A DNA stretch of 64,000 nucleotides from NCBI GenBank assembly GCA_030587475.2, contig JAUQYZ020000231.1, forward strand, positions 2,948 through 66,947, in the 5' to 3' direction. Under the pieces are notes generated by a model that was not told the origin of the DNA, made no database searches, and saw only the letters and a program-made list of their open reading frames with translations. The stretch is from Candidatus Sigynarchaeum calidifontis. GTDB taxonomy: Archaea; Asgardarchaeota; Lokiarchaeia; Sigyniarchaeales; Sigyniarchaeaceae. The translations under genes and the position numbers were made by a program. Below are positions 44,925 through 54,170 of this stretch, piece after piece (position 1 is the first letter of the stretch; every line of letters starts with the position of its first letter).

Positions 44925-45986
44925 TCATTGTTTCGGTTCTAGGACATATTTTATCACGTTCCCCTTGCGATAGCCTAGATCCTTGAAAGCCTCCACCCCG
45001 CGAGATAAAGGTAACACTTCGGTCACGAGCGGGGCGAGATCAATAAGCCCTTTGCGGACGAGGTCGATCGCGGCCTCGAATGGCCCACACCTCGACGTGT
45101 AAAACGTTATTTCCTTCACCACACCTGCCGTCAAGTCGAACGGAACAGGTACACCATGGGTGGACTTGAGCGCGACCTTGCCACGGGCGCGGGCCAGGTA
45201 GATGGCCTGGTTGAGCGCCCTCGGGTTCCCGGTCGCCTCGATCACGAGATCGGCGCCCTTGCCATCTGCCATAAAGGCGGCCACGCGCTTGAACAAGGCT
45301 TGTTCTGAGAGCTTGCTGGAATTAATGGTTTCGGTGGCCCCGAAACGCCTCGCGAGGTCGAGCTTGAAGTCATGGTGGTCGATGACAGTAATCCGACGTT
45401 TCTGGGGTGTATCCTGGAGCTTGTCCATGGCCACCAGGACTTGCAAAATGAGCAACCCCAACTTGCCAGCGCCGATGATGACCACGTCTTGGTCCTGGAC
45501 GGTCAACGGCATCATTTTGAAGGTCTGGACAGCTGCTGCGAGCGGTTCGATCAAGGTCGCGGGTCGTGGATCCAGGCCCTCGGGTAATGCATGGATGAGA
45601 TCATAGCGGATTGCAAGCCGCGTCGCCATCCCACCATTCACGTCGATGCCAAGGGCCTTGCGCTGGATGCATTGGGTCGGCACACCATTCTTGCAGAAAA
45701 AACACGTTCCACAAGTATTGGTGTTGATCTCGGTCGTGATCAACTTGCCCGCGAGTGCTCGAATGCGCTCAGGAACCTTATCCCCGAATGACTCGATGAC
45801 ACCCGCTATTTCGTGACCCAAGATAATTGGCCTCGGGGTCGGGAGCGTTTCATTCACGATGGCAATGTCCGTGCCGCAAATGCCGACTGCCTTGACCCGG
45901 ACCATGACCTCGTCTGCCCCCATTATGGGGTCGGGATAGGTTGCTGTGTATTGCAGCCCGTATTTGTCGATGAAAAGAGCTTCCAT
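44925..45986 (-). CDS. Zn-dependent medium-chain dehydrogenase (sorbitol/threonine dehydrogenase-like)
   Basis: GICGTDIAI, GHEIAGVIESFG, CGTCFFCKNG, VVIIGAGKLGL. Start set at MEALFIDKYG. The ORF start at 46043 would overlap grpE. Confidence 0.85.
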   Translation of the reverse strand: MEALFIDKYGLQYTATYPDPIMGADEVMVRVKAVGICGTDIAIVNETLPTPRPIILGHEIAGVIESFGDKVPERIRALAGKLITTEINTNTCGTCFFCKNGVPTQCIQRKALGIDVNGGMATRLAIRYDLIHALPEGLDPRPATLIEPLAAAVQTFKMMPLTVQDQDVVIIGAGKLGLLILQVLVAMDKLQDTPQKRRITVIDHHDFKLDLARRFGATETINSSKLSEQALFKRVAAFMADGKGADLVIEATGNPRALNQAIYLARARGKVALKSTHGVPVPFDLTAGVVKEITFYTSRCGPFEAAIDLVRKGLIDLAPLVTEVLPLSRGVEAFKDLGYRKGNVIKYVLEPKQ

Positions 45987-46014
45987 TATCGGGCACACCA
46001 GATCGATGACCACG

Positions 46015-46746
46015 TCAACAGATATCGGGATCCGCGTGGACATTCCGCGCGGTAGTGCTTTTTTTCTTGGTGGCTTCAGGAGAGGAATCTTGGCTTTTCG
46101 CGTCTGGTGGGTTGCATGCCGTGGCTGGCTCCGGCGTTTCTATCTTCACCGGCTTCCTCGACACGGCGACCATCGCGGGACGTAAAACCTTGCCGTTGAG
46201 CAGCCATCCTTGCTGGATCACTTGTACGATCGTGTCCTCGGGCAAGTTTGCATCCTCGACTTGCGCCATAACCTCGTGGTAATTGTAGTCGAACTTCTTG
46301 CCGAGGGCATTCATGCGCTTAAGATTACGGGTTTCGAGGATATCGTTGAGGTTCTTGTACAAGCCTTCAAGCCCGCCAAAGAACTTCTTGAGCGTGTCGC
46401 TCATCCCACCATCTTGATCAACGATATTCTTGGCGGTTTGCATTGCTTTGTCAAATGTGTCAAAAAACGGGAGAAGATCTTTCATTAATTTTCCGAGCAT
46501 AGCCTCTTTTTCGATATCCATGCGGCGATCGGTTGATTTCCGAAAATTATCGAAGTCCGCACGCGCCCACTTCAGATCGGATTCGAGATCGGTTATCTTC
46601 TTATCCTTTTGCTTGATAAGCTCCTCGAGCTGCTTGATCTTCTCCTCCGGCTTCGGAGCTTGCTGATCCTGAACTTTTGGATTCTTGGCGTCCTTTTCAT
46701 CCTTGGAAGCTTCCAAATTTGCTTCGCTTTTTTTTCCGTCCGCCAT
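46015..46746 (-). CDS. grpE: Nucleotide exchange factor GrpE, with charged N-terminal and extra C-terminal segments
   Basis: LKWARADFDNFRKSTDRRMDIEKE, LLPFFDTFDKAM, GKVLRPAMVAVSRK, followed by about 45 extra residues. Confidence 0.85.
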   Translation of the reverse strand: MADGKKSEANLEASKDEKDAKNPKVQDQQAPKPEEKIKQLEELIKQKDKKITDLESDLKWARADFDNFRKSTDRRMDIEKEAMLGKLMKDLLPFFDTFDKAMQTAKNIVDQDGGMSDTLKKFFGGLEGLYKNLNDILETRNLKRMNALGKKFDYNYHEVMAQVEDANLPEDTIVQVIQQGWLLNGKVLRPAMVAVSRKPVKIETPEPATACNPPDAKSQDSSPEATKKKSTTARNVHADPDIC

Positions 46747-46966
46747 CGTCCATCACGTCATAGATCATATCTTTGGAGGGAACTTCCTTCGGGACAAGTC
46801 TTTCTGGGAGTAAAAGACCTCCGATAGTTTTTTTCTTTTACCTTTGAAAGATATAAGATATCTTCATTCCTCAAGGTCTGTCAAGCAGTCCACAATTGCC
46901 AAGACAAGCTTTATCCAAAATAAAAATGAAGAGAAGTATTTCTGTGATAAACAGAAGAGGAGAACA

Positions 46967-47146
46967 TCACCCAACGCGATCTTGGAAGTCGTTCGTGTGA
47001 GATTCATATCCGGAGGCCTTGTCTTTTACCTCGTTGTAATCGAGCGTCCCCAAATTGTGTCCAGTGTGTTCTCTTTCAAAAAGTTTTATTGCTTGCTGGT
47101 TTTTAAATGAACCGTCTTTTATGACGACGAAATGCTTGCATTTCAA
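46967..47146 (-). CDS. Candidate small protein (59 aa) with CxxC...HxxH, not in the ORF track
   Basis: My own translation from TTG 47146: (M)KCKHFVVIKDGSFKNQQAIKLFEREHTGHNLGTLDYNEVKDKASGYESHTNDFQDRVG, stop 46967-46969. A further Cys lies 3 residues upstream in the open frame (ACLKC). An AT-rich TATA-like element sits at about 47188-47200. This is speculative. Confidence 0.25.
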   Translation of the reverse strand: MKCKHFVVIKDGSFKNQQAIKLFEREHTGHNLGTLDYNEVKDKASGYESHTNDFQDRVG

Positions 47147-47323
47147 GCACGCGCGAACCTTTACCGTTTTTGACCAACTCTTGGAATGTTAATAATTGTA
47201 TTTTGTGCCGAAACCTTGCATTTTACATGCGATTTCGGGGTTTTGACCAGCCATTTCGATGCGAGCACGAAGGCTATGTGCATATAACTACGAGCCAACT
47301 ATTAAGATTTTTCCCACATCCTT

Positions 47324-47330
47324 AAAAAAA
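47324..47330 (-). terminator. Oligo-T terminator after the GH36 gene
   Basis: T7 on the minus strand, 18 nt downstream of the stop at 47348-47350. Confidence 0.45.
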
Positions 47331-47347
47331 TCCTCTCGGCGCCGATT

Positions 47348-49810
47348 TCATGCCAGCTGAACCTTCAGCGCGAGATCCAGAGCTTGATCGAATGAAACGT
47401 CTATGGCATACACGCAATCGGCCAGCTCTTTCACATTATAGCCAGGGCCACTAGCCAGCTCGAATAAACAACGACTGGGCATCTTCACGAAGACATTTCC
47501 CTTGTTCAGCCCGTACTTGTTGAGCTTCAAATGTAAGCGATTCTCGGCGCGGTCGAAGGCGAACGCCTCGACCTCGATAGCACCCTGCACCACGTGGAGC
47601 GTCGTGCCGAGCAGCGCCGCATCTTGGCCAGGGTCGAGTGTCACGCGGAGGAGACGACAGCCATGAGCGGCGATTCCATGCAAAGGCACGACATCATTCC
47701 CGTTGAATAAGCCCATGTACGAACTGCTCCAGAAGTCGACCAAGTGGTATTTTTTCGATGGAATGCAACCAATCGCAGCCAGATCGAGAGTCATATCCCT
47801 TTTCTTGCCCTTCCAGTTGATCACGGTTACGACCTTCCACTCGCCGTGCACTTTCGATTTCCCTTCCAGCATAAAGAGTTCAGGGAATGGGTGCACGAAC
47901 ATGTCGGGAGAATAGGCAGGTTCCGAATACAAGGGCTGCACGAGGGATATTAATCGCATGCGATCCTCGAGGAGCAAGGCGAGATCGTCAGAGACCGCCA
48001 CTTGTCCGCCGCTAAGGCCGATTACCGAGATTTCTGTCCGGATCTCATCCTCGGTTAGCTTGGCATCCGTGAGGCGGACCATCAAGCAATCCGGGTCGTT
48101 TATCCAGAATTTCTTGTGCATCCAGCTCCTGGTGATCGTGTTGATCAGCGCACCGCGCATTCCAGCCACGACGATGTTGAAAGCGTTAAGGATCCTAATA
48201 AAGCTGCCCCACCTGGGGGCAGTGTCCGTGCTGATTCGCATACCATTTACGAAACCGACGCTTTCGAGCATTGGTGCCCCGCAGCCAAGGATAAAAATAT
48301 CATCTCCAGCGGCTTCCCGCAAGATCTTGAGTGCATTCCGGTATGCCTCGACTCGACTTACTTCGTTGTCGTAGAACGCCGCATTTGCCGTGAAGGCAGA
48401 ATACACGAAGTCGATCTTGATATATTTGAACCCGACTTCTTTAACCAGGAACGTGAACAAGTCCTTCAAGAATGATTTCACTTCGGGATGGGTAGGATCG
48501 AGGGCGTATTGGAACTTAGAGGAGATCATAGTAGGCTTGAAGGGCTTTCCTTGTTTGTCCTTGAGGATCCAATCGGGATGCGCCTTGGCAAGATCCGATT
48601 CGGGAAGCACGTTGAACGGGGCGATCCACAAGCCAGGGATGAGACGTTTCTTGTCAATCGCTGCAACCAGCTTGGTGAATCCACCAGGGAATTTGACAGG
48701 GTTCAGCCGGCGCCAGTCACCACATTGCGCCTTGGTGAATTGATAACCATCATCCAGTTGAAAGTACTCGATCTTGAAGAACGGGTTCTTTTGCTTATCC
48801 GTAGCGATGTCGAGATTCTTGAGTGCCTCGTTCTCGTCGATGTCCGAATAATAATAGTACCACGTGCAATATCCAAAAGGCACGTGACTCCAGAAAACCG
48901 GGTTCATATTAGCTGCGACCATATCCGCATATTCATCGAGACAGCGCGGGTAATGATTTCGATCTTGTATATACAAGATTTCTGAAAAGAATTCAGTACC
49001 AGGATGCAATGGTTTCCCCTCGCAACAGCTAATACATCGAATACCGAGGATGCCGCGTTTTGTATCGCCAATTACCTCGATATCCCCATGTTGCGTGCAC
49101 GCCGTGATGAAACCGATGGTAATCGATCGTTTATTCGCAGGTTGCGTGATGACCGTAACACTGTTGGACACTTGTGTCCCCCTCGGCCGCTTGAACCACC
49201 ACTTTGCTCCCCTCTGCCGGTAATGGAACAACCACTCGGAATAATTCACCAAGGCGTGCCACTGCCGCTCCTTCAAAGAAAATGACCGCGCTAGCGACCA
49301 CGATTGGTATCCGTTGTAGAACACCCGTTCGTTTCCCGTGCCCTCGCCAAGCACCTTGCATGCGCCGGGACCAGCGATCAACGGTTGTATGGATAAAGTC
49401 TTGACCGAAAAAATGTTGTTATTCGTGATCGATGTCCGAATGATAGCATCCGACCGCCCCGGTGCCAATTCGATCAAGAGGGCTGCGGAAAACTTGGCTT
49501 TGGGCGCGTTGAGCTCGATCCGGGCGGCTTTTGCTCCGGCACGCCCTCGCGAGACAGGTTCGTTAACAAGCTCGTGATGCGTGCACGTGAAGTCCTTGCT
49601 GCTGAGCACGACACGATGGGGCCGCTTTTCCGCATCTTCCATCTCGATAACGAAGGCGAATTGGGCCTTTTCTATAATGGAAACTTGCGTTTCGAGATTT
49701 TCTAACGTGTAGGAGAGCACATCGAGAAAAATTTCGATGCGCGTGAGACCGTTCGAGAGGATGATGGACTTCTGCCCTGTTTCCAGGGTCACATCTTGGG
49801 GCCCGGCCAT
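47348..49810 (-). CDS. GH36-type alpha-galactosidase (TmGalA/GalS-like core) with long N- and C-terminal extensions
   Basis: YFQLDDGY, GFKYIKIDFVYS (KxD nucleophile context), ILGCGAP, RISTDT, WINDPDCLMV. Confidence 0.7.
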   Translation of the reverse strand: MAGPQDVTLETGQKSIILSNGLTRIEIFLDVLSYTLENLETQVSIIEKAQFAFVIEMEDAEKRPHRVVLSSKDFTCTHHELVNEPVSRGRAGAKAARIELNAPKAKFSAALLIELAPGRSDAIIRTSITNNNIFSVKTLSIQPLIAGPGACKVLGEGTGNERVFYNGYQSWSLARSFSLKERQWHALVNYSEWLFHYRQRGAKWWFKRPRGTQVSNSVTVITQPANKRSITIGFITACTQHGDIEVIGDTKRGILGIRCISCCEGKPLHPGTEFFSEILYIQDRNHYPRCLDEYADMVAANMNPVFWSHVPFGYCTWYYYYSDIDENEALKNLDIATDKQKNPFFKIEYFQLDDGYQFTKAQCGDWRRLNPVKFPGGFTKLVAAIDKKRLIPGLWIAPFNVLPESDLAKAHPDWILKDKQGKPFKPTMISSKFQYALDPTHPEVKSFLKDLFTFLVKEVGFKYIKIDFVYSAFTANAAFYDNEVSRVEAYRNALKILREAAGDDIFILGCGAPMLESVGFVNGMRISTDTAPRWGSFIRILNAFNIVVAGMRGALINTITRSWMHKKFWINDPDCLMVRLTDAKLTEDEIRTEISVIGLSGGQVAVSDDLALLLEDRMRLISLVQPLYSEPAYSPDMFVHPFPELFMLEGKSKVHGEWKVVTVINWKGKKRDMTLDLAAIGCIPSKKYHLVDFWSSSYMGLFNGNDVVPLHGIAAHGCRLLRVTLDPGQDAALLGTTLHVVQGAIEVEAFAFDRAENRLHLKLNKYGLNKGNVFVKMPSRCLFELASGPGYNVKELADCVYAIDVSFDQALDLALKVQLA

Positions 49811-49849
49811 GTTTGTGCTACCTTTTTTCTCTTATATCTATGAAAAAAA

Positions 49850-51094
49850 TTACTCGTAGACCTTCTCATCGTCCGCGATCTCGTTTGCATCGAGTTCCAC
49901 GTTCCGCTCGTCCTTGCGAGCCTTGCGTTCGCCTAATTCCCTGTAGAACTCGTGTTGGATAATTAAATTCATGATCTCGCTCGTGCCGGTCCATATCATG
50001 GAGAGACGCGCGTCCCGGAGAATTTTCTCGATGGGGTAGATCTGCGTGTAACCTATCCCCCCCACCACTTGCATTGCCATGTTAATGATCTCCCAGGATT
50101 TCTCGGTGGCAAATCGCTTCGCCTCCGAAACGAGACGACGACACATCGATGCAGGCTGTTTCGTGTCGATTGCCCGCGCGGCCATGTAGACGAGTGCCCG
50201 GGCAGCGTCAAGCAGCATGATGGAATCGGCGATTTTAAAAGATACACCCTGGTATTCCATAATGTGTTTGCCGAATTGCTTGCGCTTGGTCGAATATTCC
50301 GCGGCGACATCCAGCGCCGTCCTTGCACCGCCGATGATGCCGGCCGCGCTGGTCATCCGCTCGGGGATCATCATTTGGTAGAATATTTTCCCGCCATCGC
50401 CGATCTTGCCGATGACATTCTCCTTGGGGACGCGAACGTTGTTTAAAACGAGGCGTCCAGCGCCGCCACCCCTGGTTCCCAGGAGCTTGTAGAGGTACTT
50501 GGTCTCGACACCCTTGTCCTTGTCAACGATGAAGAGCGAAATGGCATCCTTCGACGGGGTCGACGCGTCGCCAGTGCGAGCGTACAAGATGAAATAATCC
50601 GCGCCCTCCGCGCCGACGACGAACCGTTTTTGACCAGTGAGGAGCCAATCATCGCCATCTCTGACCGCTTTTGTCGTCGCTCCAAAGAAATCGGAGCCAC
50701 CGCGCGGCTCGGTGAGTGCCTCGGCTGTAAATTTCTTCCCTTCTAGTGTTGGTTTCAAGTATCGTGCCTTCTGGTCGTCATTTCCGAAGACGGAAAGGGC
50801 CTCGCCACAAATACTCGGCAAGGAATAGAGGCAACCGAGACTCATCCCCAGCGGCCCGATTTCCTCGAGTGCCGCGACCTCGGCTGTCCAGCCGAGCCCT
50901 TGGCCGCCCCACTTGGGATCAAAACGCAACCCGAGGAGACCTTCCTTGGCCAGGTTCACGACATACTCGCGAGGGTATTGCACCTCGTCCGCGTCCATTT
51001 TCTTGAGCAATTCCGGTGGCACTTTTTCCTTGACGAACTTCCGGGTCTTGTCTCTTATCTCTATATCCTTTGGGGTCATGAGAAAATCGTACAT
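49850..51094 (-). CDS. Acyl-CoA dehydrogenase family protein
   Basis: ALTEPRGGSDF, RFVVGAEGADYF, GGIGYTQIYPIEKILRDARL. Confidence 0.9.
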   Translation of the reverse strand: MYDFLMTPKDIEIRDKTRKFVKEKVPPELLKKMDADEVQYPREYVVNLAKEGLLGLRFDPKWGGQGLGWTAEVAALEEIGPLGMSLGCLYSLPSICGEALSVFGNDDQKARYLKPTLEGKKFTAEALTEPRGGSDFFGATTKAVRDGDDWLLTGQKRFVVGAEGADYFILYARTGDASTPSKDAISLFIVDKDKGVETKYLYKLLGTRGGGAGRLVLNNVRVPKENVIGKIGDGGKIFYQMMIPERMTSAAGIIGGARTALDVAAEYSTKRKQFGKHIMEYQGVSFKIADSIMLLDAARALVYMAARAIDTKQPASMCRRLVSEAKRFATEKSWEIINMAMQVVGGIGYTQIYPIEKILRDARLSMIWTGTSEIMNLIIQHEFYRELGERKARKDERNVELDANEIADDEKVYE

Positions 51095-51180
51095 GGTTTA
51101 ACCTCGATCAAGCTATGCTTTTTTTGGTGTCTATGCGAAATTTTTACGCGGAACCCTTATGAATATTACAAAGTGCGACA

Positions 51181-52155
51181 ATGAGCGACATTCCTAAGGA
51201 CAAGGTTGCGCTCGTCAATCCGAGTGACGGGGATGCACGTGGCTTCTACGACTTGAAGAACCGCATTAATGACCTAACCGGAAAGGAATGGGTGTTTGCA
51301 ACCAAGTCAGTAATACCAAGATCCTACCCGCCGAGCTTTCAGCACGCGCTTCGCAACAAGCACGGAGGACAAAAGCCACCCGAGCTTTGTGCAGAGATCG
51401 TGAAGATGTTCACGAAATACGGCCAGTTCGTCTTGGATCCTTTCGCCGGGGTTGGCGGGACACTCATCGGTTGCTCGCTTTGTGGTAGAATAGCAATTGG
51501 CATAGAGATTAACAAGGATTGGATCGAAATCTACCATCAAGTCTGCGCACTAGAGCACTTGCCACGCCAACCGATCTTGTATGGCGATGCCACCACTATT
51601 CTTCCTGCATTGCGTGCCTTCCCGGTCGACATGGTGCTCACAGACATTCCCTACTGGAACATGGACAAGATCGAGAAATCTAAAGGCACCTTCAAACGCG
51701 CTGGCGAGGCCGCCAAGGGAATTTATTCGGACAAGTCCAAGCTCGGTCGCTTCGACGAGGGTGGCCCCCAGACCAAGGATGAGTGGCTCTCGATGCTTAG
51801 GATCGTATTCACTGCTTGCTACGGCGCACTCAAGAACAAAGGTTACGCTGCGGTATTCGTCGGGAATATGTATAACAAGGGCGAGTTTCACTACCTAACG
51901 GCGGATGTCGCCGGTATCTTGAAATCCGCAGGCTTTGTTTTCAAGGGCGAGATCATCTGGTATGATGTCGCCAAGAAGCTTCACTTATACGGTATAAACT
52001 ACGAGTGGATTCCAAGCATGGTCCACCAGAGCATCCTCGTGTTCCAGAAAAACACGGGCGATCGTGATATCGACGATGGGGAGTCGATCAAGGCACAGAA
52101 CCTTGCACGAATTCACGCTTTTCAAAAGCAGAAGCATGGTCGGGCGATTCGGTAA
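51181..52155 (+). CDS. N6-adenine/N4-cytosine-type methyltransferase with permuted motif order
   Basis: HGGQKPPELCAEIVKMFTKYGQFVLDPFAGVGGTLIGCSLCGRIAIGIEIN (AdoMet motif I block) precedes VLTDIPYW (a DPPY-like motif IV). This is the reverse of the common beta-class order. Confidence 0.7.
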   Translation: MSDIPKDKVALVNPSDGDARGFYDLKNRINDLTGKEWVFATKSVIPRSYPPSFQHALRNKHGGQKPPELCAEIVKMFTKYGQFVLDPFAGVGGTLIGCSLCGRIAIGIEINKDWIEIYHQVCALEHLPRQPILYGDATTILPALRAFPVDMVLTDIPYWNMDKIEKSKGTFKRAGEAAKGIYSDKSKLGRFDEGGPQTKDEWLSMLRIVFTACYGALKNKGYAAVFVGNMYNKGEFHYLTADVAGILKSAGFVFKGEIIWYDVAKKLHLYGINYEWIPSMVHQSILVFQKNTGDRDIDDGESIKAQNLARIHAFQKQKHGRAIR

Positions 52156-53949
52156 CTATGATCCTTTTTTCCTTGCAGATCCCGCGGTTTCGGGAGATAT
52201 GTTCGCAAGAACTTCGCGGAATTTCTCGAATATGCTCGATGTTTCAATACCCGCTGGGCAAGAAACGTGGCACCGGTCGCAAAGCATGCACGACATGAAT
52301 TTTTTTGCCAGGTCATTGCCAAGAACGACTCGATTCAAGGCAATTCCCTGGAGCAAGGATAGCCGCGCCCGGGGGCTGTAACACTCCCACCCGTAATAGC
52401 TCAAGGACGGGCATTGCAGCCGGCAAAAACCACATTTCATACAATTGTTGTCGTAGCCGACGAACTTTGATAGGATAGTATTATCAACCTTGTTGAGAGG
52501 AAAATACGTTTCAAACACGGACTCGAGACTTTCTGGGATATATCCAGATTTGCCTTTTAAGGGGTTGAGAATACCTTTTGGATCGAACACGGCCTTTATC
52601 TTGTGCATGATATCGAGGGCGGATGCGTGCTCGTGCCGCAAATACGGGGCCTTGATGATACCGATGCCGTGCTCTCCCGTGATGGACCCGTCCACCCGGG
52701 GAATGATTTCATCGTAAAGTGCGCTCATGCTCTTGAACAAGATTTTCAAGTGGTTGTCGTCCATCCCGTTGAACACGAACGTCGGGTGCAAGTTGCCATC
52801 GCCGATGTGGCCGAACACTGCCACGTGAAAGTCCGGGATGCAAGCATCGCCGCAAGAGTTCTTGATGTCTCGAACCACGAGGGGGATATCCTTCAAGAGC
52901 ACCGAGCAATCCTCGATGAGAACAGTCCTGTTGAGACGAGCAAGAGCTGGCAGTGCCGACTTTCGCAGCGCGATGACGCTGTCGCGCTCGCCGGGTTTCG
53001 CCTCGATCGTCGAAACCTTCACGCCCGCTTGTTCCAGGCGGGCAATGATTTCGCGCACTTTCAAGGCATTCTCGTCAACCTCCTTGGAAGTTCCGTCCAT
53101 CTCGAGCATGATGAGGACCTTTCCTTGAAACGGGTACCGAGGCTCGTCGATAAACTTGAGCACCGCATTCGTGGTCACGTCATCCATGAATTCCATCATG
53201 CTGGGGACGAAACCGGTCGATTGGATGGTGGACGTGAATTGGATTGCATCCTGAAGATCATCGAACCCGATGACAAAGGTCTTGCGGGTTTCAGGCACCG
53301 GAAGCACGCGGATCGCGATCTTGGAGATGAATGCGATGCATCCCTCGGAACCCACGAGCATGTCTTGAAGTGCCAAACTGGAACTCGACTTTAACGCACG
53401 GCTACCAAGTATCGATATCGTTCCGTCGGCCATTATTGCCTCGAGCCATACGACGTGGCTTTTAGTGACGCCATATTTCGCTGCTTGAATCCCCCCTGAA
53501 TTGTTCGCGACCATCCCGCCGATCGTGCACACGGAGCTGCTGCCGGGATCGGGGGCGAAAAAACAGCCCTTTTCACTCAGCCACGCGTTCAGGTCATCGC
53601 AAACGACGCCCGGTTCGACGATTACGATCCGGCTCTCGGGCTTGAAATCCAACACGCGGTTTAGCCCCGTCGTGTCGATCACGAGGCCGCCTCGAAGTGG
53701 TATTGAATTTCCGGAAAGCGAGGTCCCCGCGCCCCGGATCGTCACGGGAATCTCGTTGTCGTTACAATACCGGAGCACTCGCGAAATAACTTGCACGCCA
53801 TCTGGTTTTATGACTGCAACGGGAGGTATATTCGAGATTAGGGGTGATGCATCTTGGCTATAAAAGAACATGTCACAACTATCAAATAAACAATTGGATT
53901 TGCCGACATTATCAAGCAAGAATGATCTTAGCTTTTCTTCATCAAACAT
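52156..53949 (-). CDS. FAD-linked oxidase (GlcD/D-lactate dehydrogenase-like) fused to a 2x[4Fe-4S] ferredoxin-type domain
   Basis: FAD-binding VTIRGAGTSLSGNSIP, GSITGEHGIG, and C-terminal CMKCGFCRLQCP and CMLCDRCHVSCP. Confidence 0.85.
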   Translation of the reverse strand: MFDEEKLRSFLLDNVGKSNCLFDSCDMFFYSQDASPLISNIPPVAVIKPDGVQVISRVLRYCNDNEIPVTIRGAGTSLSGNSIPLRGGLVIDTTGLNRVLDFKPESRIVIVEPGVVCDDLNAWLSEKGCFFAPDPGSSSVCTIGGMVANNSGGIQAAKYGVTKSHVVWLEAIMADGTISILGSRALKSSSSLALQDMLVGSEGCIAFISKIAIRVLPVPETRKTFVIGFDDLQDAIQFTSTIQSTGFVPSMMEFMDDVTTNAVLKFIDEPRYPFQGKVLIMLEMDGTSKEVDENALKVREIIARLEQAGVKVSTIEAKPGERDSVIALRKSALPALARLNRTVLIEDCSVLLKDIPLVVRDIKNSCGDACIPDFHVAVFGHIGDGNLHPTFVFNGMDDNHLKILFKSMSALYDEIIPRVDGSITGEHGIGIIKAPYLRHEHASALDIMHKIKAVFDPKGILNPLKGKSGYIPESLESVFETYFPLNKVDNTILSKFVGYDNNCMKCGFCRLQCPSLSYYGWECYSPRARLSLLQGIALNRVVLGNDLAKKFMSCMLCDRCHVSCPAGIETSSIFEKFREVLANISPETAGSARKKGS

Positions 53950-54170
53950 TATCGTGCCCCCCTTTCAAATGGACATATTCTTGTCTCGAATTAGATATGC
54001 GTTCTCATTCATCTCGACATCGCTCGTGCCGGGGGCTTGCTTGATGCAGACGCGTAGCTTGACCTTTAACAACACGGTTCCATCACGGTTCGGCGATCTG
54101 GACAAATGAACCAGCGTTAAAAAACGCGTTAATAATGTACAACGAGGAGAAGGCAGAAAAAAACGCCTTA

